Assembly (NCBI GenBank): GCA_001949185.1
Contig: BDGG01000013.1
Coordinates: 1,065,226-1,129,225 of the forward strand
DNA: 64,000 bases
Reading direction: 5' to 3'
From: Ramazzottius varieornatus
Lineage: Eukaryota > Animalia > Tardigrada
The notes under the pieces were generated by a model that was not told the DNA's origin, did no database searches, and was given only the letters and a program-made list of their open reading frames with translations. Made by a program: the position numbers and the translations under genes. Below, in pieces: positions 62,681 through 64,000 of this stretch; the stretch's first letter is position 1, and the number at the start of each line of letters is the position of its first letter.

Positions 62681-64000
62681 CCAGTAAAACTCCCCTTTTC
62701 TCTGCAAACTTAATTCTTCTGTTTCTCTGCAGGTCATGTACCTGACTACAATACCGGAAGAATTTTCCGAAGGGAAGTTTTTGTTGGAGAATATATAGTC
62801 TGTGATGGAGATGGTTCTGTACTGCTTCGATTGGATGACGCAAAATGGAATTTTTACTGCTTTTATCTTTTCTGTCGTTTTTCCTAGTGACGAAACTGAC
62901 GATTTCGACTTGTCGGTCGCTTACTTCGGTCAGATTGCGAAAGAGCAATTAAGAGACACCCAAGGAGAGATCTTGGATCACAGTTGAGAGGTCGGCGGAA
63001 CAACCTCGGGATGATCGACACCTCACGTGGCGCACATTTCCAGTCAATAACCAAGAAAACTGCGCCACTTGAGATAACGCTATCATCTCGAGATTGTTTG
63101 CTGGCTTGCTTTCTGACCGGAGTTTTGAAAAAGTATATGGAGGATTTGATCATTTTCAAGTTTTACAAAATCGAAGTAATGTTTGTTAAGTTAGGGAACG
63201 CAAAGTGCAGTGAACCTCTTGAGAGGTAAAGTACACCAAATTATCCAAGCAGGAGCCACGTTCTGTTAGTTTTCTTATCGAGGTTTCCGGCTCGTACATA
63301 AATAAGAAAACCTGTCAGAGTAAATGGCAGACGTTTATCAAGTTTGTGTCGGTGAGCAAACACCATGTTCATTGGCGACAAGGGACCAGGAACAATGCTA
63401 GCTAAGGTTTACAAAGTTCTTTCGACATCTCGCGGCATATTTACGGTTGTTTCACCTTCGCAGGCACGAGCCAGCCAGATTCAACAAGACCTGCCTGACA
63501 CGGCAAACATCCGTTGACAGTTATCAGCCAGTGGTCTTATCAGTCGGGTCGTTGTTTTGAGGCTTTCGGCGCATCTTGCCCGTTCATTGATAGCGGGAAA
63601 CGTCAAACCTAACCGCTCCTTTCAACCAATCTTTTGAGAGCGACGGCACCTGATTATCAAGCTTTGTAAACTTCACCGATTAGAAAACCATTGTCAGCGC
63701 CCTAAATTATAGTTTGATAACGGCGGTTTCGAGGAAGAATTTGCATTTGACCCCGTCAATTTTCCACAGGCTTGCATCGTGACTGAATTCGAATTCACTC
63801 AAACACTTTCGTACCTTGTCTAACCCACTGGGACCGCGGCAAACAAGACGAGAGACTTTTTTGCTAGCGACGCAGGCTTCCCGTCAGTAACACGGATAGC
63901 GAAAACAACGTCGGCAAGCCTGTTCAACCCATGTGGCGCACGCTTTCATTGTTCTTGGCTGAAGTATGCGCTGTTCGGAGGAACAATCTTGGCGGGTTTG

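Larger units (their letters stand above)
32505..63976. repeat. Dispersed ~47-bp fixed-spacer inverted repeat AAGTGGCGCAC-N24-26-GTGCGCCACTT (13 copies found)
   Basis: Copies at ~32505, 32575, 40532, 40614, 41236, 44424, 44870, 44943, 50581, 50655, 54176, 63025, 63931; coordinates give the span, not one element. Confidence 0.8.

Noticed and set aside
32505-63976. Fixed-spacer palindromes as integron attC sites or CRISPR repeats served by the tyrosine recombinase
   Set aside because: Eukaryotic intronic context, no GTTRRRY cores or gene cassettes; the YR is a retrotransposon component

Overview
Eukaryotic (animal) genomic DNA with compact GT-AG introns and two 50-N scaffold gaps (9620-9669, 49129-49178). 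The gene content and style suggest a small-genome invertebrate, most likely a tardigrade (inference). The left half (1-31 kb) is accessory and TE-rich: a minus-strand tandem cluster of three natriuretic-peptide-receptor-like (ANF_receptor) single-pass genes with no cyclase domain (two apparently intact, one pseudogene), a near-complete Ngaro tyrosine-recombinase retrotransposon with split direct repeats, a CRE-like retroelement remnant, many MITEs, a rhodopsin-type GPCR, an intron-containing secreted GH43 glycosidase of bacterial/fungal type, and Helitron/Helentron remnants including a PIF1 fragment. The right half carries CPPED1, a DD37D (maT) mariner with one nonsense codon, a decayed hAT with intact TIRs/TSD, DTYMK, an intronless CRF/DH44-like neuropeptide precursor, RpS5, TRNAU1AP, NOX5, a DNA polymerase beta-like gene and LSM1. 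The two most notable observations are (1) the Pol beta-like gene has an open frame yet has lost the polymerase catalytic aspartates and the dRP-lyase lysine, making it a candidate pseudo-enzyme, and (2) a recurrent ~47-bp element (AAGTGGCGCAC-N24-26-GTGCGCCACTT) sits in introns of the housekeeping genes, often as pairs ~70-80 bp apart.
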